Shown in pieces: positions 61,708 through 64,000 of a stretch of DNA of 64,000 nt. The DNA lies in NCBI GenBank assembly GCA_963665115.1, contig OY762007.1, positions 2,432,001-2,496,000 of the forward strand, written 5' to 3'. The position numbers and the translations under genes are program-made. The notes beneath the pieces are model-generated. The model saw nothing but the letters and a program-made list of their open reading frames with translations, made no database searches and was not told the DNA's origin. This DNA comes from an uncultured Rivularia sp. Lineage in GTDB: Bacteria > Cyanobacteriota > Cyanobacteriia > Cyanobacteriales > Nostocaceae. Positions within the stretch are counted from its first letter, which is position 1; each line of letters opens with the position of its first letter.

Positions 61708-62726
61708 CTTTTTTAGGAAGCAATCTTTTAAATTCAGATGTTGCAAATAATTTCAATATCGTAGATTTACCTCCCGATGAGATTGAATATGTTCCTAACG
61801 TCGCAATTAACAAAAACTGCGAAACTCTTTCCTTTCACTACGCACCTTACGCAGCTAAAACATATCAGCAGCGAATGTTGAAGTTAGCTCAGTGGGTAGA
61901 AACAACTCAGCCCACATTGGTTGTAGTTGATGTTTCTGCTGAAATAACTCAATATTTTCGGCTTTTGGGAGTACCCGTAATCTCGATGCTTCAACATGGC
62001 GATCGCACTGATTCGGCTCATCTTTGCGGTTACGATGCAGCTTACAAATTACTCGCACCTTATCCCGAATCCTTAGAATCTGATTCTGTACCTTTGTGGA
62101 GAAAGCAAAAAACCATTTACGTTCCCGGTTTTTCGCGTTATTCGGGATATTCTTTGAGTAAATCACAAGCAAGAAAGAATTTAGGAATTACCCAACAGCA
62201 AAAAGTAGTCTTAGTACTCAAAGGAAGAGGAGGAGACAAACATTGTTTGCAGAGCATTTCGGAAGCTGCCTCATTTACTCCAGAATGGCAATGGTTTATA
62301 GTTGGCCCCATAGAGATTAACTGTAATCAATTACCAACAAATATATCTTGCGAAGGATGGCAACAAGACACTTTTCCTTATTTAAAAGCTGCCGACATTG
62401 TAATTGCTTCTGCCGGACATAATACTACAATGGAAATTGCTGAAGCCCAAGTTCCATTTTTATGCATTCCCGAAGAAAGACCTTTTAACGAGCAAAAAGT
62501 CAAGGCAGAATTATTAGAAAATATGGGTTTATGTCTTTGTAGTAATTCATTTCCTACAAATTATTTAGTTAAAAGTACTTTAGAATTATTGATAAAAATG
62601 GATACTTCAAAATGGAAAAATATAGTTTCACCAGATGGAGCTAAAAAAGCTGGAATGGTAATTGAATCAGAAGCTTTCAAAATACAAAATTATCTACTAA
62701 GTAAAACTTATTGTAGGGTGTGTTAA
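61617..62726 (+). CDS. Glycosyltransferase (GT-B, GT28 C-terminal-like)
   Basis: IGYYIHSHGKGGHLQRA, VVDVSAE, QHGDRTD, ASAGHNT..E, PEERPFNEQ. Confidence 0.85.
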   Translation: MHIGYYIHSHGKGGHLQRAQEIAKHIKSDVTFLGSNLLNSDVANNFNIVDLPPDEIEYVPNVAINKNCETLSFHYAPYAAKTYQQRMLKLAQWVETTQPTLVVVDVSAEITQYFRLLGVPVISMLQHGDRTDSAHLCGYDAAYKLLAPYPESLESDSVPLWRKQKTIYVPGFSRYSGYSLSKSQARKNLGITQQQKVVLVLKGRGGDKHCLQSISEAASFTPEWQWFIVGPIEINCNQLPTNISCEGWQQDTFPYLKAADIVIASAGHNTTMEIAEAQVPFLCIPEERPFNEQKVKAELLENMGLCLCSNSFPTNYLVKSTLELLIKMDTSKWKNIVSPDGAKKAGMVIESEAFKIQNYLLSKTYCRVC

Positions 62727-62868
62727 ATGCACGATTATATTTAACTTACAAACGATAATTTATATTCCGTTTAACGTACCATCCGCGATTAGCCCTAAAT
62801 CACCCTCATTCTGGAAGAGTGTAGCTATAGAAACAAAGCCCAGATGGTGCGTGGGCTAAATTATTTTC

Positions 62869-63717
62869 CTATGAACTCTCTTTTTTAAAACTCTCAATCT
62901 CTTCTTTTGAAGGCAATTTAGTTATTTCAATCTGATTATTTTCTAATTTAATATATCCCAACTCTGCAAACTGTTTCAACCACTTATCCATCGGCAAAAA
63001 ATTCCATTTATCGTAAAAAACTTTCGCGTTTTCTACAATATCCGCCAAATGATTCAATGGAGGAGAATAAGAAGCGTGAAATTGATGATATGCTAAAGCG
63101 CTGATTTTATGAAAAGGAATTTTATGTAGCCGTGCAGTAAACGAAAAATCTGTATCTTCTCCACCGTAGCCAGTAAAACGGGTATCGAATCCGCCGATTT
63201 TAGTAAAAGTCGATTTTCTAATTCCAAAACAAAGCGACCAAAAAAACTCATATTTATGAATAACTCGTTGATTTCCTGCTAATTCTTCACCCTGGAGTTG
63301 GTGTGGTGCAGAATCAAAATTCAGCGTTTCAAAAGTCCATTGTTTGCGCCATTGAGAATGTAAATAACGAATTGAACCTTGATAAAGTGCATCTTCTTGC
63401 TCGAGATGATAAGTAAAGGTTTTAACTAAATCAGGATGAGGAATACAATCAACATCTAAAAAGATTAAAAAATGACCATTCGCAATTGAAGAAGCTTTCG
63501 TGCGTGCTGCGGCTAAAGGTAATTTATGAAGAGAATTAATTACAGAAGACTTAATTTTGAAAGGTGTCGGTGGTAATTCAGGAAGAGAATCATTCATGCA
63601 TATAACGACAAGTTCCGAAGGATGCATTTTTGACTGAATCAAACCTTCAACTAAATTCTGTAAATGCGAAGTTCTTTGAGAGTAGAGCGTGCAAACTGAT
63701 ATTTTATGGTTTGTCAT
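62869..63717 (-). CDS. Glycosyltransferase family 2 (galactosyltransferase-like C-terminus)
   Basis: LPLAAAR, FLDVDCIP, FWSLCF, GGFD..FTGYGGEDTDF, YHQFH..PP. Confidence 0.9.
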   Translation of the reverse strand: MTNHKISVCTLYSQRTSHLQNLVEGLIQSKMHPSELVVICMNDSLPELPPTPFKIKSSVINSLHKLPLAAARTKASSIANGHFLIFLDVDCIPHPDLVKTFTYHLEQEDALYQGSIRYLHSQWRKQWTFETLNFDSAPHQLQGEELAGNQRVIHKYEFFWSLCFGIRKSTFTKIGGFDTRFTGYGGEDTDFSFTARLHKIPFHKISALAYHQFHASYSPPLNHLADIVENAKVFYDKWNFLPMDKWLKQFAELGYIKLENNQIEITKLPSKEEIESFKKESS

Positions 63718-63744
63718 TACACCGCAAAATTATGACATAAATAA

Positions 63745-63802
63745 GGTTCGTAGTTGCGCTTTAGCGCCTCTTATCGGAAGCGCTGAAGCGCAACTACGAA
63801 CC
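63745..63802. repeat. Inverted REP doublet (REPIN) of the RAYT family
   Basis: Perfect 17 bp arms GGTTCGTAGTTGCGCTT / AAGCGCAACTACGAACC. Confidence 0.85.
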
Positions 63803-63813
63803 ATTATATAAAA

Positions 63814-63999
63814 CTAACCGATCTTTAATTTTGCAATCGAATTGTTACTACCAGATTTTACTATTTCAAATTCTGTACCCTGAATAACTGAATTTAAAAA
63901 TTTTTTCCATTGACTAAATCCTTGTTTCTTATAATCAAAATCTGAAATTTGCTCTTTAAAAATCCTCTGAACTTCTGAAAAAGATATACCATCTTGTTT
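63814..63999 (-). CDS. C-terminus of an OST-HTH/LOTUS domain protein (probably NYN-LOTUS), truncated by window
   Basis: Manual translation KQDGISFSEVQRIFKEQISDFDYKKQGFSQWKKFLNS...KIG*. Confidence 0.55.
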   Translation of the reverse strand, partial: KQDGISFSEVQRIFKEQISDFDYKKQGFSQWKKFLNSVIQGTEFEIVKSGSNNSIAKLKIG

Positions 64000-64000
64000 T

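Overview
AT-rich chromosomal window from a cyanobacterium, most likely a filamentous heterocyst-forming (Nostocales-type) strain. Evidence: more than 20 HIP1 GCGATCGC sites, heptameric STRR tracts, ccmK3/ccmK4, light-dependent por, a HetZ-related gene and PEP-CTERM. Contents in order: a partial IS630 with an abutting MITE; Ser/Thr kinase; PGM1-like ATP-grasp ligase; mgtE; a DUF928 / CHAT-CHASE2 / PEP-CTERM / FHA-like TpsA / TPR-CHAT module; a PaoABC-XdhC-MocA molybdoenzyme operon; a REP-associated tyrosine transposase (RAYT) flanked by inverted REPs and preceded by a 5-unit REP tandem array; ccmK3K4; regulators and peptidases; a TetR-Rieske pair with twin operators; a DUF433/PIN toxin-antitoxin pair; aroF; mddA-like; speE; two hybrid kinases; and three glycosyltransferases. 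The most interesting locus is a co-oriented minus-strand cluster at 56011-60287. It encodes a PspA-like protein, a divergent Lgt paralogue, a permease lacking its EAA loop, a Tes/GDGT-MAS-like multi-cluster radical SAM enzyme, and two paralogous small membrane proteins that end in a conserved lipobox-like G-x-C. This is a candidate undescribed lipidation and lipid-crosslinking system. About ten genes are split by 1-2 base indels in short homopolymers, most likely assembly errors. No rRNA, tRNA or CRISPR array was seen.
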